Shown here in pieces: positions 51,690 through 62,649 of a stretch of 64,000 nt of DNA. The stretch is from the NCBI GenBank assembly GCA_963786955.1, contig CAWBAT010000005.1:288001-352000 (forward strand). The letters run 5' to 3'. Made by a program: the position numbers and the translations under genes. The notes beneath the pieces are model-generated. The model did not search any database. It was not told the origin of the DNA and saw only the letters and a list, made by a program, of their open reading frames with translations. This DNA is from an uncultured Acidimicrobiia bacterium. Lineage in GTDB: Bacteria > Acidobacteriota > Terriglobia > Versatilivoradales > Versatilivoraceae. Position 1 is the first letter of the stretch. The number at the start of each line of letters is the position of its first letter.

Positions 51690-54600
51690 TCACTGGCCGA
51701 GACGGCGGCGGACTTCAGGAAGCAAGGGATCCTCGCCTGGCTGACCGCGGATGCCGAGATAGGTACGATACGAATCCGCAAAGCCTGAACTCTTGAGTCC
51801 CTCGCGTACTCGTCCCTGGTAGTAATAAACTGACGGGAAGTAGCCGAATGTCGGTACCTGGTCCAGAAATAGCGACAAAGCCTCACCGCGCCGCTTGATG
51901 CAGCGGTCAAATTCTGAATCCGCCTCGACGAAGAGGCCGGCCTCCAAATAGGCCCGCGCCAGTTGAAAGTGACCGATCCAAGTATCCTGCAATTCGTTGG
52001 CTTCCTTGAGTGCCTTGATGGCTGAACGGGCGTCTCCTCGTTTAAGAGCAGCGGTCCCGTCGATGATCTTGGCATAGGCCTGAGGTTCAGACTGCAGTTC
52101 GGAGGCCAGATCGGCAGCTACTTTTTGTGCTTTGGCACCTTCCCCAGCCTCGGCGAAAACTTGACCTGCCAGAAGTCGGGTTTTTACGGCGCGGCTGTTG
52201 GCTAAGGCCTTCTCTGCAGCAACCAGAGCAATCCGGTTTTGTCGCATCGAAAGCTCCGTGTAAGCGAGCGCAACGTACTTGTCGGCTGCGGCATCAGGCT
52301 TCTTAGCTGCCAGGTCGGCCTCCGCACCTTGCTCCAGCATCCGCGCCGCCTCTCGAAAGCGACCTTCATACAAAGCGAGATCCGCCAGTGCAGAAGCGGA
52401 CATCGAAGCACCGAGCGCACTGACCGTCTTTAGCTTTTGGTAAGTGTCAGCGGCTTGAGATAACTGACCCTGTCCGAGCTGGGCAAATGCAAGGGCAAGA
52501 TAGCCATATTCGAAAGACGGATAGCTTTGCTGGACGCGACGTGCTTCGTTTTCACCGCCCTGGAAGTCCCCCGCATAAGACAAAAGCAGCGACAGATTGG
52601 CGGCCGCTGTAGCGTTTGGATTCGTCGCCAGGTCTTTCCGTGCCTCTTCAACCGCTTTAGGCAGGTTTCGTAGCTGGCCAAGGCAAACGGCGAGATTATT
52701 ATGGGCTATGTTGTCTCCGGGATAATGGCTGACGAGCTCATTGTATTCGTCGGTGCATTTTTGCCAATTACCGGTCGTGAGATAGTAGAACCCGCGCACC
52801 CGGTACCGTTCGCGATCCGTCATGCGGTCCACGTGTTCCATGGCGAGTTTGATGTACTTTTCGGCGTCCTGCAACTCGTCCAACTTAAGAGCGGCAGACG
52901 TCATGCCGGAGTAGGCGCGGGCGAAATTTGGATCGAGCTCTGCAGCCTTCGCAAAAGACTGTAATGCCTCTTCAACTTTGCCGGAGAACTGCTGTTCCAT
53001 GGCAACGCCGTACTGGTGCACGACCTCCAGCGAGGCGGCGGTGAATGCTCCTCCGACGCGCTCGAGCTGTGCGGACTCCGGCGTCGTGTCACCCATGGCA
53101 TTGCGAATGGGAGCTGCGAGCTTTGGAATAGCGGGCAGAACCCCCTCCTTATTCGCAACAGTGATTTCACTTTTTGCGATGACGTTTCCGGTCGCCGCGT
53201 CGAGTGCGATTGCTGAGACGTTGTATTTATCGCCGCGCCGGCTGATCTCACCCGTAATTACCGCACTGACACCTTGACTAAGCGCCACTAGGCGCGCCGG
53301 CTGCTCGTCGAGCTTATCGGTGGGATTCGGGAGTTTTTGAGCCATCTTGCGTGCGGTCCCGCGGTTATAAGCGTTGATGAAGCTGGCGCCTTCCAGCGCA
53401 ACGTTGAACATCGGCTCGAGGGTGCCGTCGAATATCGTATCTCCGGTGTGGTTTGTGAAGTCCGCAACCAGAACACTAACGGGCGCGTGAGCCGCTCCAT
53501 TGTTCGGTGCCCCCGTCGAACCGCCGAATTTTGATCTTAGCGCCCAACCTCCGACTGCAACCACAAGGGCGAGCATTCCCGCGCCAACCCACTTCCAGGA
53601 CCCGGCCGGTTTTTTAATGACTGGCGCTTGCATTGTGCCGGCCATCGAAGCCATCACGGGCCGGCTGCCCTGGTACGCATCCAGATCATTCAGGATTTCC
53701 TGCACGTTTTGGTAGCGCTCTGCGAGGTCGCGCTCCAGGCATTTCGCGACGATGTCACTGAGCCCTTTCGGAATGCTGGCATCAAGTTCCGCCGCGGGGA
53801 TGGCACGTTCCTGATTGCGGCGCAACAGACTGGCCATCGCGCTATCTGCTTTGTACGGCATGTTGCCGGTCAGCAGCTCATAGAAGATCAGCCCGACGGA
53901 AAAAACATCGGAACGCTGGTCGAGCGTCTTTCCCATAGACTGTTCGGGGGACATATATTCGATGGTCCCGAGCAACGCACCGGTCTGCGTCATTCCCTCG
54001 GATTCTATGGAGCGCGCGAGGCCGAAATCCATTACCAGGATTCGGCCCGTCTTCGCTTCCTGCATGATGTTCTGCGGTTTCAAGTCACGGTGGATGATCC
54101 CGGCGCTGTGAGCGGCCTCCAGGGCCAAGCAAACCTGGCGAATGATCTTGATTGCCCTCTCCGGGGGAAGCTTGCCGTTGTCGATAAGAATCCGCCGAAG
54201 GTCGTCGCCCTCCACGAATTCCATCGTGATGAACTTCACACCGTCCGCTTCGGAGATATCATAAGTGCGGATCACATTCTTGTGGGTCACCTGCGTCGCG
54301 GTGAGCAGTTCCTGCTTGAACCGCGCCAGAATAACTGGATTCGACGCAAGGTCCGGGCGGATCAATTTGAGCGCAACGGGTCTATCCACTTCGCGATCCA
54401 GGGCTTTATATACAGCCCCCATTCCGCCTTCGCCCAGAAGAGACAGGATTTCGTAGCGCGCCCCGATGAGGTCGCCCGGTTTCAATGCCGCTGCCTTCAT
54501 ATAAATGCCGGCAAATACAGGCGCAGGAGTGCCTTTGGCGGGCAGGCCATCGGAAATGGTTGCGTCCGGATCCGCTACGCGGGTTGGAAGATTGTCGGCC

Positions 54601-54815
54601 GGATGAGAGAGAGGAACAGGAATATCGGAGATCGTCGCGTCTGGATCCGCAGCCCGGGCAGGTGTTTTTGCGGGCGCCGGCAGCGGAGTCAAAGGAACGT
54701 CGGAGATCGTCGCGCCTTCCATGGGGTCCAGCGGCTCATCACTCGCTGAACTGTCGCCCTTGGCAGGCACACCAACTCCCTGCGGGCTCCCCTTTTTCGA
54801 TTTAGAATCTTCCAT
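51690..54815 (-). CDS. Hanks-type Ser/Thr protein kinase with TM segment and extracytoplasmic TolB-N-like/TPR region
   Basis: GEGGMGAVY, VALK, HRDLKPQN, DFGLAR, YMSPEQ; TM WKWVGAG...; VLVADF; multiple TPRs. Confidence 0.95.
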   Translation of the reverse strand: MEDSKSKKGSPQGVGVPAKGDSSASDEPLDPMEGATISDVPLTPLPAPAKTPARAADPDATISDIPVPLSHPADNLPTRVADPDATISDGLPAKGTPAPVFAGIYMKAAALKPGDLIGARYEILSLLGEGGMGAVYKALDREVDRPVALKLIRPDLASNPVILARFKQELLTATQVTHKNVIRTYDISEADGVKFITMEFVEGDDLRRILIDNGKLPPERAIKIIRQVCLALEAAHSAGIIHRDLKPQNIMQEAKTGRILVMDFGLARSIESEGMTQTGALLGTIEYMSPEQSMGKTLDQRSDVFSVGLIFYELLTGNMPYKADSAMASLLRRNQERAIPAAELDASIPKGLSDIVAKCLERDLAERYQNVQEILNDLDAYQGSRPVMASMAGTMQAPVIKKPAGSWKWVGAGMLALVVAVGGWALRSKFGGSTGAPNNGAAHAPVSVLVADFTNHTGDTIFDGTLEPMFNVALEGASFINAYNRGTARKMAQKLPNPTDKLDEQPARLVALSQGVSAVITGEISRRGDKYNVSAIALDAATGNVIAKSEITVANKEGVLPAIPKLAAPIRNAMGDTTPESAQLERVGGAFTAASLEVVHQYGVAMEQQFSGKVEEALQSFAKAAELDPNFARAYSGMTSAALKLDELQDAEKYIKLAMEHVDRMTDRERYRVRGFYYLTTGNWQKCTDEYNELVSHYPGDNIAHNNLAVCLGQLRNLPKAVEEARKDLATNPNATAAANLSLLLSYAGDFQGGENEARRVQQSYPSFEYGYLALAFAQLGQGQLSQAADTYQKLKTVSALGASMSASALADLALYEGRFREAARMLEQGAEADLAAKKPDAAADKYVALAYTELSMRQNRIALVAAEKALANSRAVKTRLLAGQVFAEAGEGAKAQKVAADLASELQSEPQAYAKIIDGTAALKRGDARSAIKALKEANELQDTWIGHFQLARAYLEAGLFVEADSEFDRCIKRRGEALSLFLDQVPTFGYFPSVYYYQGRVREGLKSSGFADSYRTYLGIRGQPGEDPLLPEVRRRLGQ

Positions 54816-55318
54816 CAAACCTCATGTACCCCAGTTGGTAATGAGCAGAAAAACCAAACCTGCTGTTTAGACGAGCGGTTGGCTAATTATATCGATTTCT
54901 GGACCCGAAAGCAGCTTTTTGAAACGGATCATTAAGCCTGAAACAAGCCAAAAGGGGTAAACCGCTGAGTTGATAAGGGGGCCCCCCGACTAAGAATTAC
55001 CATGTCAATGTTGGTTTGCAGATATGGAGATTAATACCCCTAGTCCATGGTTAACTTTCCCCCCTGTATGAATAGCGTTTCTTGGTTTCCAATCAGCGTA
55101 TTTCCCGGGCAACGTTGCTCGAAGAAATGCAAACGGCGCATGTCTTCGCCACCCGCGACTCAGCGTTTTTTCACCCGAAGCACAGATCTTTGCCAAAGCC
55201 TTCAGTAAAAACTCCAAAGCGAAAAAGATGGTCACATCTAGTGATCATAGCGGAATTCCTGTCGCTAAAGAAGAGGTTGGATAACTCTCGGTAAGTATTT
55301 CTGCTTTGAAGGGTTAAG

Positions 55319-55395
55319 TGGTGGAGCTGATGGGGATCGAACCCACGACCTCCTGACTGCCAGTCAGGCGCTCTCCCAAGCTGAGCTACAGCCCC
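55319..55395 (-). tRNA. tRNA-Ala (GGC), CCA encoded
   Basis: GGGGCTGTAGCTCAGCTTGGGAGAGCG-CCTGA CTGGCAG TCAGG-...GGTTCGATCCC...CTCCACCA; G3:U70 pair. Confidence 0.98.
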
Positions 55396-55464
55396 ATTCT
55401 AGCGGGGGGGGAACCAACATCACTGATCTTCCAAAATCATACCATTCCAAATCGAAACCAACCG

Positions 55465-55493
55465 ATTCTAGGATAGCCGACCATTCCTGTCAA
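55465..55493 (-). promoter_or_regulatory. Sigma70 promoter of tRNA-Ala
   Basis: Minus strand TTGACA (55493-55488), 17 nt, TAGAAT (55470-55465). Confidence 0.75.
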
Positions 55494-55639
55494 CCCAATA
55501 GCCCTTCAGGCAGAATCGGACAGGCAGAATCGGCTCACTTGCCAGATGGCAGATGTTTGTTTTATCTTAGCAATGCTTTCAAACGCGGGCAGGCATTTCT
55601 TGTTGAATAACTCACGTAATCCCAGCGTTGAAAGGGAAA

Positions 55640-56752
55640 ATGGAAAAAAAGAAAAGTAAGTTTCTCAGTGGAAGAAAAATCGCTCCGTCCTCCATCTACG
55701 CGGGCATTCCTCTTCAGGACTTGATCGACGAAACCTTTGTTGCTTTTAACGCGGCCCGGTTGAGGGAAGCCTGCCATTTGTATAGTCGGCAAATGCTGAA
55801 CAAAGACGTGACCGTGGGAATGACTTTATCTGGCGCTCTCAGCCCGGCTGGAATGGGAATCTCTACTTTTATCCCCTTAATTGAGTCCGGGTTTGTCGAT
55901 TGGATCGTTTCTACGGGCGCCAATCTTTACCATGATAGCCACTTTGGAATTGGTCTCGACCTTCACTCCGGAACGCCTCTCATTAGTGATGTGGAATTGC
56001 GGCGGCAGGGGGTAGTGCGCATCTACGACATTTTCTTCGATTATCGCGTATTGCTTTCCACGGACGCATTTTTTCGAAAGATCATTGGGGCGCCCGAATT
56101 TCAGCGCACCATGAGCAGTGCGGATTTCCACTTTCTCATTGGCAAATATGTTCACGAACGAGAACGCCTCTTGGGACTCAAGAACCAGTCGTTTCTGGCC
56201 GCAGCCTATCGTTGCGGTGTCCCGATTTACACCTCCTCCCCGGGGGATAGTTCGATCGGAATGAACGTCGCTGCCATGGCTCTGGAGGGGAATCAACTCC
56301 GGATCGATGTTTCCGCGGATGTCAATGAAACCGCAGCGATCGTTTTGGAGGCTAAACGTTCCGGGGGTAAGAGCGCCGTGTTTATCTGCGGCGGCGGTTC
56401 CCCTAAGAATTTCATGCTTCAAACCGAACCGCAGCTGCAGGAGGTCCTCGAGATTTCCGAGAAAGGACATGATTATTTTCTTCAAATTACCGATGCCCGT
56501 CCGGATACCGGTGGACTTTCCGGCGCCACTCCCAGTGAGGCCGTGAGCTGGGGGAAGATCGATCCAGCCCAACTTCCCCATAGCGTCGTCTGCTACTGCG
56601 ACTCCACCATAGCTGTCCCCTTAATCGCCTCTTATGCCCTGGCAACTCACCGACCCAGAACGCTGAAACGACTCTATGACCGCAAAGAACAGCTTTCTGA
56701 AAAACTGGCAATAGAATTTCAAAAAACAAAAAAGAAGAGGAGTCATGCATGA
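55640..56752 (+). CDS. Deoxyhypusine-synthase-like protein (homospermidine biosynthesis type)
   Basis: [62 protein letters not shown]. Confidence 0.9.
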   Translation: MEKKKSKFLSGRKIAPSSIYAGIPLQDLIDETFVAFNAARLREACHLYSRQMLNKDVTVGMTLSGALSPAGMGISTFIPLIESGFVDWIVSTGANLYHDSHFGIGLDLHSGTPLISDVELRRQGVVRIYDIFFDYRVLLSTDAFFRKIIGAPEFQRTMSSADFHFLIGKYVHERERLLGLKNQSFLAAAYRCGVPIYTSSPGDSSIGMNVAAMALEGNQLRIDVSADVNETAAIVLEAKRSGGKSAVFICGGGSPKNFMLQTEPQLQEVLEISEKGHDYFLQITDARPDTGGLSGATPSEAVSWGKIDPAQLPHSVVCYCDSTIAVPLIASYALATHRPRTLKRLYDRKEQLSEKLAIEFQKTKKKRSHA

Positions 56753-58229
56753 AATTTGAAGTGAGGAGCGGTTCGACAAAGAATCTCAAGACGGATTTAT
56801 TGGTAGTCTTGCTCGACAAGGAAGTGGAATTCAGTTCGACCGACGACCCGGCATTAACAGAACTCTTGCAGACACTCGCAGTCAGATTATTCTGAGAAGA
56901 GGGTGAAGAAAGGAGTATTTCACGCGCTGGGAGGAAAATGGAATTCGACATCTTCTGGTATTTCATTCCCAACTCAACTCGTCTTACAACCTCTGGGAGA
57001 ACATAAAAATCTTCGCTTCAAAAGCGATGACCTATGGAAATGATTTCAATCTTTCGGATGTGACCTTCCTTTTGAATGGCAAGGGTGCGGCGACCTATTT
57101 CGGCAAGGTGGTTGAAGGAATCATCCTTGGAAGTTATAGCTTCGAAAAATACAAACAAGAGAAGAACCTTTATTACCCGACAGCTCAAGTTCATTTGATT
57201 TGCTCGGCTGTGGATTTGCCCGAGTGCACTGAAAAATTCAACCGTTATTCACTCGTTGCGAATGTCGTGAACGAATGCCGTGAGATTGTGAACGAACCGG
57301 GGTGTGCCGTCACGCCTGAAGTGTTGGCAACCCTGGCGGCCCAGATCGGAAATCAATACGGGATGAAGGTATCCGTCTTAGATGAGAAAGAGCTGGAAGC
57401 GAACGGTTATACGGGGTTGAGTTCTGTGGGGAAAGGCAGTATTCATCCTCCGCGCTTGATCACTCTGGAGTACCACTCCGCCCAAGCAACTACCGTCAAG
57501 CTGGCCTTGGTGGGGAAAGGAATTACGTTTGACACGGGCGGGATCTCGATTAAACCCGCAGACCGAATGCTCGAGATGAAGGGAGACATGGCCGGAGCGG
57601 CTGCCGTCCTGTACGCCATGAAAGCCCTTGCCCAGCTGAAACCGTCCATTCATGTTGTTGGCGTTATCCCTTCTGCGGAAAACAGCCCTGATGCCAACGC
57701 TCAAAGGCCGGGGGATATCTTCACGGCCAAGAACGGCAAATCCGTCCAAGTCGATAACACCGACGCGGAAGGTCGACTCGTCTTGATTGATGCGTATGCC
57801 CGCGCCGCAGAATTGAAGGCAACGCATATCGTCAATATTGCCACCCTTACCGGCGCCGTGGTGCGGGCCCTGGGCCAGGCCTATGCTGGAATCATGGGTA
57901 ACAGCCAACCCCTGATTGATGCCGTCATCAAATCCGGAAAGAACCATGGAGAAAACTATTGGCAGCTGCCTTTACCGGATGAATACAAAGAACTGTTGAA
58001 GACTCCGTACGCCGATATCAACAACGTCGGAGGCCCTTACGGAGGAGCAATTACTGCCGGCCTCTTCCTGCAAGAGTTTATCCCTGAAAATACAGCCTGG
58101 GCTCATCTGGATATTGCTGGCCCTTTTATATTCGACAAACCTTGGAAATATTATTCTGCAGGGGCAACCGGTTTCGGCTTGAAGACTTTCGTGGATCTTT
58201 GCCTTCGATTCAAAGAGTACTTCCCGTAG
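56749..58229 (+). CDS. pepA: Leucyl aminopeptidase (M17); N-terminal domain interrupted by apparent frameshifts near 56880-56912
   Basis: [42 protein letters not shown]; ATG 56749 overlaps the upstream stop and has a GAGGAG RBS. Confidence 0.88.
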
Positions 58230-58279
58230 GAGATTTCGTTCCCAGCCACCCCCTGAAGGTGTGAAGGAATTGGAAAACC

Positions 58280-58459
58280 CGGCGTGAGGACACGCGGCCT
58301 ACAATAATTTCGAAGAACTTGCCACCGTGTTGTAGGCCGGGTCAGCTGACCCGGCGGAATCCTTTCACACCTTCTCTCTGACAGGAAACTCTTTTCTGAA
58401 TTCCCTAGGAGCAACTGGCCCCCTGGCCTTTTGTCCGGGGCCAACGGCTCCGGCTACAA
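58280..58459. repeat. REP hairpin cluster
   Basis: Copies of the 51475 doublet and of the ggggcca(g/a)cggc(c/t)ccggctaca hairpin. Confidence 0.7.
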
Positions 58460-58573
58460 TGGATTCCTGAAGACTCGTTATCTTATCTAAAGGAATGCCG
58501 GCCAAGATCCCTTCCTCTTCTTGCCTAGATGAGATAGGGTTCGCTTTAAATACAAAGAGAATAGGCCTGCGTC

Positions 58574-59263
58574 ATGATCAAGAAATACAAGACTCTATCC
58601 AGCATATGGTTTTCTGACCAGATGCTCCTGATTCTTCTCGTCCTGCTACTCTTGAGGCTTTTTGTCATTCAGCCATTGGCGGAACTGGGTTACCTGCACT
58701 CTATTTTCACAGGAGTTTTCTTATCATTGATTATACTTTCCGGCGTTCTGGCAGTATTTCGAGCTGGAGTTGGAGCTGCAGTCGTCGGCGGATTTGCCTG
58801 CGCAGAAATGTCAATTCTTTGGGCGCGCCATTTCCATTACAGCCATCACCTCTTTCTGGCGGAGAAGATTCTGGGTTTCGCTTTTATTGGAACCTTAGCC
58901 TACCTGGTCCTGACACTCGTATTCCGAGAGGGTCCTATCACTATTTTCCGGGTGGAAGGTGCAATCGTTGTTTACTTACTGGTGGGCGTCATGTGGTCTA
59001 CGGCCTATGTTCTGGTTGAATTGGTGTCACCGGGCGCATTTCAATTCAGAACTCCATACCAGGATATCCACGCTCTCGAATCCAAGCTTATCTACTTCAG
59101 CATGGTCACTCTCTCAACTGTGGGATATGGAGATATTACTCCCATTAACCCGGTTGCGCGCTCCCTCGCTCAATTAGAAGCTCTCACCGGTCAGCTCTTT
59201 CCCGCCATCCTGATCGCCCGGCTGGTCGCCATGGAATTGCAATATTCCAAACCCAAGAAATAG
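58574..59263 (+). CDS. Potassium channel family protein (Ion_trans_2)
   Basis: YFSMVTLSTVGYGDITP selectivity filter; multiple TMs. Confidence 0.92.
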   Translation: MIKKYKTLSSIWFSDQMLLILLVLLLLRLFVIQPLAELGYLHSIFTGVFLSLIILSGVLAVFRAGVGAAVVGGFACAEMSILWARHFHYSHHLFLAEKILGFAFIGTLAYLVLTLVFREGPITIFRVEGAIVVYLLVGVMWSTAYVLVELVSPGAFQFRTPYQDIHALESKLIYFSMVTLSTVGYGDITPINPVARSLAQLEALTGQLFPAILIARLVAMELQYSKPKK

Positions 59264-59350
59264 TTGCGACGGGGAATCGTCCGCCCATCGCTGCAGCGGT
59301 CTTAGTGCGGAAGCCTGATGCGGTGGCGGGTTCGGTAAAAGACCCGTACT

Positions 59351-60509
59351 TTAGTCGAGCTTCTTCTGGAATCTCAAGGCACTGGCTACGAGAATCAAGA
59401 CCCCATACCCCCCCAATGCCAGAATCTGCGGCCAAAGGATACGGATACCAATCCCTTTCAGGAAGATTCCGCGGATGATTTCGACAAAGTATCGCAGCGG
59501 GTTCAAGTAGGTGACATACTGGACCAGGACAGGCATGCTGTTGATGGGAAATGAAAAACCACTCAGTAAAAACATAGGCATAAATATGAAGAAGAACGTC
59601 ATCATGGCCTGCTGCTGCGTATGAGAGATCGTGGAGATGAAGAGTCCCGCTCCCAGGGTGGTGAGGAGGAAAATGGCAGCAGAGCCCAGCAAAAAAAAGA
59701 AATTGCCGCGGAACGGAACCTGGAACACCAGGAGAGCGAGCCCTGTCATCACACTGACTTGCACCAGTCCGACAATGGCAAACGGAATCGTTTTCCCAAG
59801 CATCAATTCCATCGGCCGGATTGGGGTGACCATGAGTTGCTCCATCGTTCCGATCTCTTTTTCTCGAACGATGCTCATCGCGGTCAGCATGACCGTCACC
59901 ATCGCTATAATATTGACCAACACCCCGGAACGAAGTAATTCCGACTTTTCAGATCCGAATTGAACCAGACTCTACGCCGCACATCTAGCTTCGGGATAGC
60001 CAAATTGAGCGCCGTCCCTGCTGACCATCGTTGGGGCCACCATCCATTGGCGTTGTACCTCATTGAGCCGGTCGGCCGCGAAACGGACACGACCTGAATC
60101 GCATAACTGGAGATTAAGCGAAGCCGTGTTCGAATTGCTTCCTTCCACTAGGATCTGTACGGCCGAAGTATCCCCTCGTTTGACATCTTTTCCAAATCCG
60201 GGAAGGACCCGAACTATGGCCATCACCTGACCCCGGTCCAGTAAATTCCTGGTCTCCTGGTCGTTCCGTGGATATTCAGTCAGCCTGAAATTCGGGGAGG
60301 CATTCAAAGGCTTCGCGCAATTCGCGGCTCACAGGGGTTCGGTCAAGATCCATCCAACCCATCTTGGCGTCAGTAACATCCAGATTCACCGCAAATCCGA
60401 AAATGACCAATTGGATGATTGGAGGCAGGAAAAGCACAATGCGCATCCGCGGTTCGCGCAATGCTTGTCGAAATTCTTTGATGACGATTACTCGGATCCT
60501 TCCCCACAT
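59351..60509 (-). pseudogene. ABC-2 permease (YbhR-like) split across four ORFs by frameshifts
   Basis: KEFRQALRE N-terminus, VEGSNSNTA, RVWFNSDLKSRNYFVPG, REKEIGTMEQL, NPLRYF lie in different frames. Confidence 0.85.
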
Positions 60510-60569
60510 AGTCCCCTCGCGCGATGATTGTCCTGATCCGCCTCTTGCCCCCCAAGAACCGTTGCTTCA

Positions 60570-61703
60570 TCAAGCCAACCGGCTCCCCACTTTTCTGGTC
60601 GCCGCCACAAAAACGAAAAGGCTATACAGAAACAGAAACGTAATTTCCGGCCACAACACGTTCACGCCAACACCTTTTAAGAAGATCCCTTTCAACAGCG
60701 TGACAAAGTATCGGGCCGGAACAATGTAAGTAACGAATTGAACAACCCAGGGCATGTTTTCGATGGAGAAGATAAATCCCGAGAGCAGGAACGCTGGCAA
60801 AAAAGAGCTGATGATCCCCATTTGGAATGCCAGGAGCTGTGAACGCGCCAGAGCAGAAATTAAAATTCCCCAGCACAGGGACCCGGTAAGGAAAATACAG
60901 GTCGTCATGAAAAGTAAAAGCAAACTCCCCCGAAAAGGGACATCAAAAATTAAAACCCCTATGGCAACGGCGGTCAAGGCATCCATCACCCCGAGAGTAA
61001 AGAATGCCAACATCTTGCCAAGCACGAGCTCTGCCGCCCTCAAAGGAGTTGTCAGGAGCTGTTCCATCGTCCCCATTTCCCACTCGCGGGCAATCGTCAA
61101 GGAGGTCAGCAAAGCGGAAATGATCATGAGAATAACGGCAATCAAACCGGGAACAATGTAATTCTTGGACTTCAGTTCACTGTTGTACCAGACCCGAAGA
61201 CGAGGCTCCACCGGGATGGGGAATTCCCTACCCGCCTTGCGCTCGATGGCCAGTTTTCGGAGTTCAGCGGAATAGGCCTGCAAGACGGTATCCGCATATC
61301 CCACAGCGATTGAAGCCGTATTGGAATCACTTCCATCAAAAATGACTTGGACACGGGCCTCTCTTCCACTGAGTAGTTCCTTGGAGTAGTCTCGCGGGAC
61401 GATGATCGCGAAGCTAATCTGTCCACGGTTGATTCCCTTTTCAATAGCCGAATAGTTTTCGGTTTCCCCAAGGACCTTAAAAAAGCGAGTGGCCCGAAAT
61501 TTTTCCACCAAATCCCGGCTTTGCGGGGTTTTGTCTTGATCCCAAACAATGGTTGGGATGGAGTCGACATCGAGGGAAAGAGCATAGCCAAAAAGTAAGA
61601 GCATCATCATGGGCATCGCCAGTGCCAGGATCAAGCTGCGGACATCGCGCACAATGTGCAGAAATTCTTTTTGAGCAACAGCCCGGGTCCGTCGGATGTT
61701 CAT
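60570..61703 (-). CDS. ABC-2 permease (YbhS-like)
   Basis: KEFLHIVRD, DGSDSNTA, VWYNSEL, REWEMGTMEQL, LLSGFIF. Confidence 0.93.
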   Translation of the reverse strand: MNIRRTRAVAQKEFLHIVRDVRSLILALAMPMMMLLLFGYALSLDVDSIPTIVWDQDKTPQSRDLVEKFRATRFFKVLGETENYSAIEKGINRGQISFAIIVPRDYSKELLSGREARVQVIFDGSDSNTASIAVGYADTVLQAYSAELRKLAIERKAGREFPIPVEPRLRVWYNSELKSKNYIVPGLIAVILMIISALLTSLTIAREWEMGTMEQLLTTPLRAAELVLGKMLAFFTLGVMDALTAVAIGVLIFDVPFRGSLLLLFMTTCIFLTGSLCWGILISALARSQLLAFQMGIISSFLPAFLLSGFIFSIENMPWVVQFVTYIVPARYFVTLLKGIFLKGVGVNVLWPEITFLFLYSLFVFVAATRKVGSRLA

Positions 61704-62647
61704 GGGGCTTTACGATCCTCTTCTTCAATCATGGCGACAAAGACATCTTCCATGGAGGGTGCAATGACTTCCAACCGATCAATCCGAATGTGCCTTTTCG
61801 AAAGCTCGTCCTGTATAATGGCGCTGGCCATTCTCGGATCGCGAACAGTTATATGAAGGCCACTTCCAAAAACAGCCGTTTCCAGGATCCCTTCAGCTCC
61901 TTCCAGAGCTTTCATGCTTTCGAACAGATCCGATGAGTCCAGATGCATCAATTGATAAGATTTGAGTCTTTCTTTAAGTGTGGCCGTCGACCCCAGGGCA
62001 ATGATCCGGCCACGATGCATCAAGGCCAGTCGATGACAATATTCGGCTTCATCCATATAGTGAGTGGTCACAAAGATCGTTTGCCCTTTCGCAGAGAGCT
62101 GGTAGATCAAGTCCCAGAAATTGCGCCGGGCGATGGGATCGACACCGGAAGTCGGCTCGTCCAGAAACAGGATCGGGGGCTCATGAAGTATGGCGCAGCC
62201 CAGAGCCAGTCGTTGTTTCCACCCCCCCGGCAAAAGCCGGGTCATGGTGGTGTGCCGGTTTTCCAGTCCAGAGATCTGCAGCACAAAATTCTTGCGAGTC
62301 TTCCGTTGATTCATGGAAATCCCATAGACCCCGCTAAAAAAATCAATGTTCTCTTCCACGCTCAAATCATCGTAAAGAGAAAACCTTTGAGACATATACC
62401 CGATATTTTGTTTGATTTGCTCTGCCTGAGTAGCCAAGTCGAAACCGGCCACTCTCGCCGCTCCGCTGCTCGGGGTCAGCAGCCCGCACAACATCCGAAT
62501 CGTGGTGGTTTTCCCGGCGCCGTTCGATCCCAGAAAGCCAAAGATCTCCCCGCGCTTGACAGTTAGATTGACGTCGTCGACCGCCACAAAATCTCCAAAA
62601 CGTCGGGTTAGCCTTTGGGCTTCCACTGCCAGATCTGGGCTATCCAT
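61700..62647 (-). CDS. ABC transporter ATP-binding protein (YbhF-like)
   Basis: GSNGAGKTT, LPGGWKQR, LDEPT, TTHY. Confidence 0.95.
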   Translation of the reverse strand: MDSPDLAVEAQRLTRRFGDFVAVDDVNLTVKRGEIFGFLGSNGAGKTTTIRMLCGLLTPSSGAARVAGFDLATQAEQIKQNIGYMSQRFSLYDDLSVEENIDFFSGVYGISMNQRKTRKNFVLQISGLENRHTTMTRLLPGGWKQRLALGCAILHEPPILFLDEPTSGVDPIARRNFWDLIYQLSAKGQTIFVTTHYMDEAEYCHRLALMHRGRIIALGSTATLKERLKSYQLMHLDSSDLFESMKALEGAEGILETAVFGSGLHITVRDPRMASAIIQDELSKRHIRIDRLEVIAPSMEDVFVAMIEEEDRKAP

Positions 62648-62649
62648 AT

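Noticed and set aside
53628-54749. 373-aa ORF antisense to the kinase (similarly 38706-39455, 6012-6698, 55877-56581)
   Set aside because: Shadow ORFs of well-supported genes, with no recognisable motifs.
54820-55318. Prophage or integrative element attachment site at tRNA-Ala
   Set aside because: No integrase, phage gene or duplicated tRNA 3' end could be found in the window.
59351-60509. Programmed frameshifting in the ABC permease
   Set aside because: Multiple shifts without slippery-site or stimulator patterns; sequencing error is the simpler explanation.
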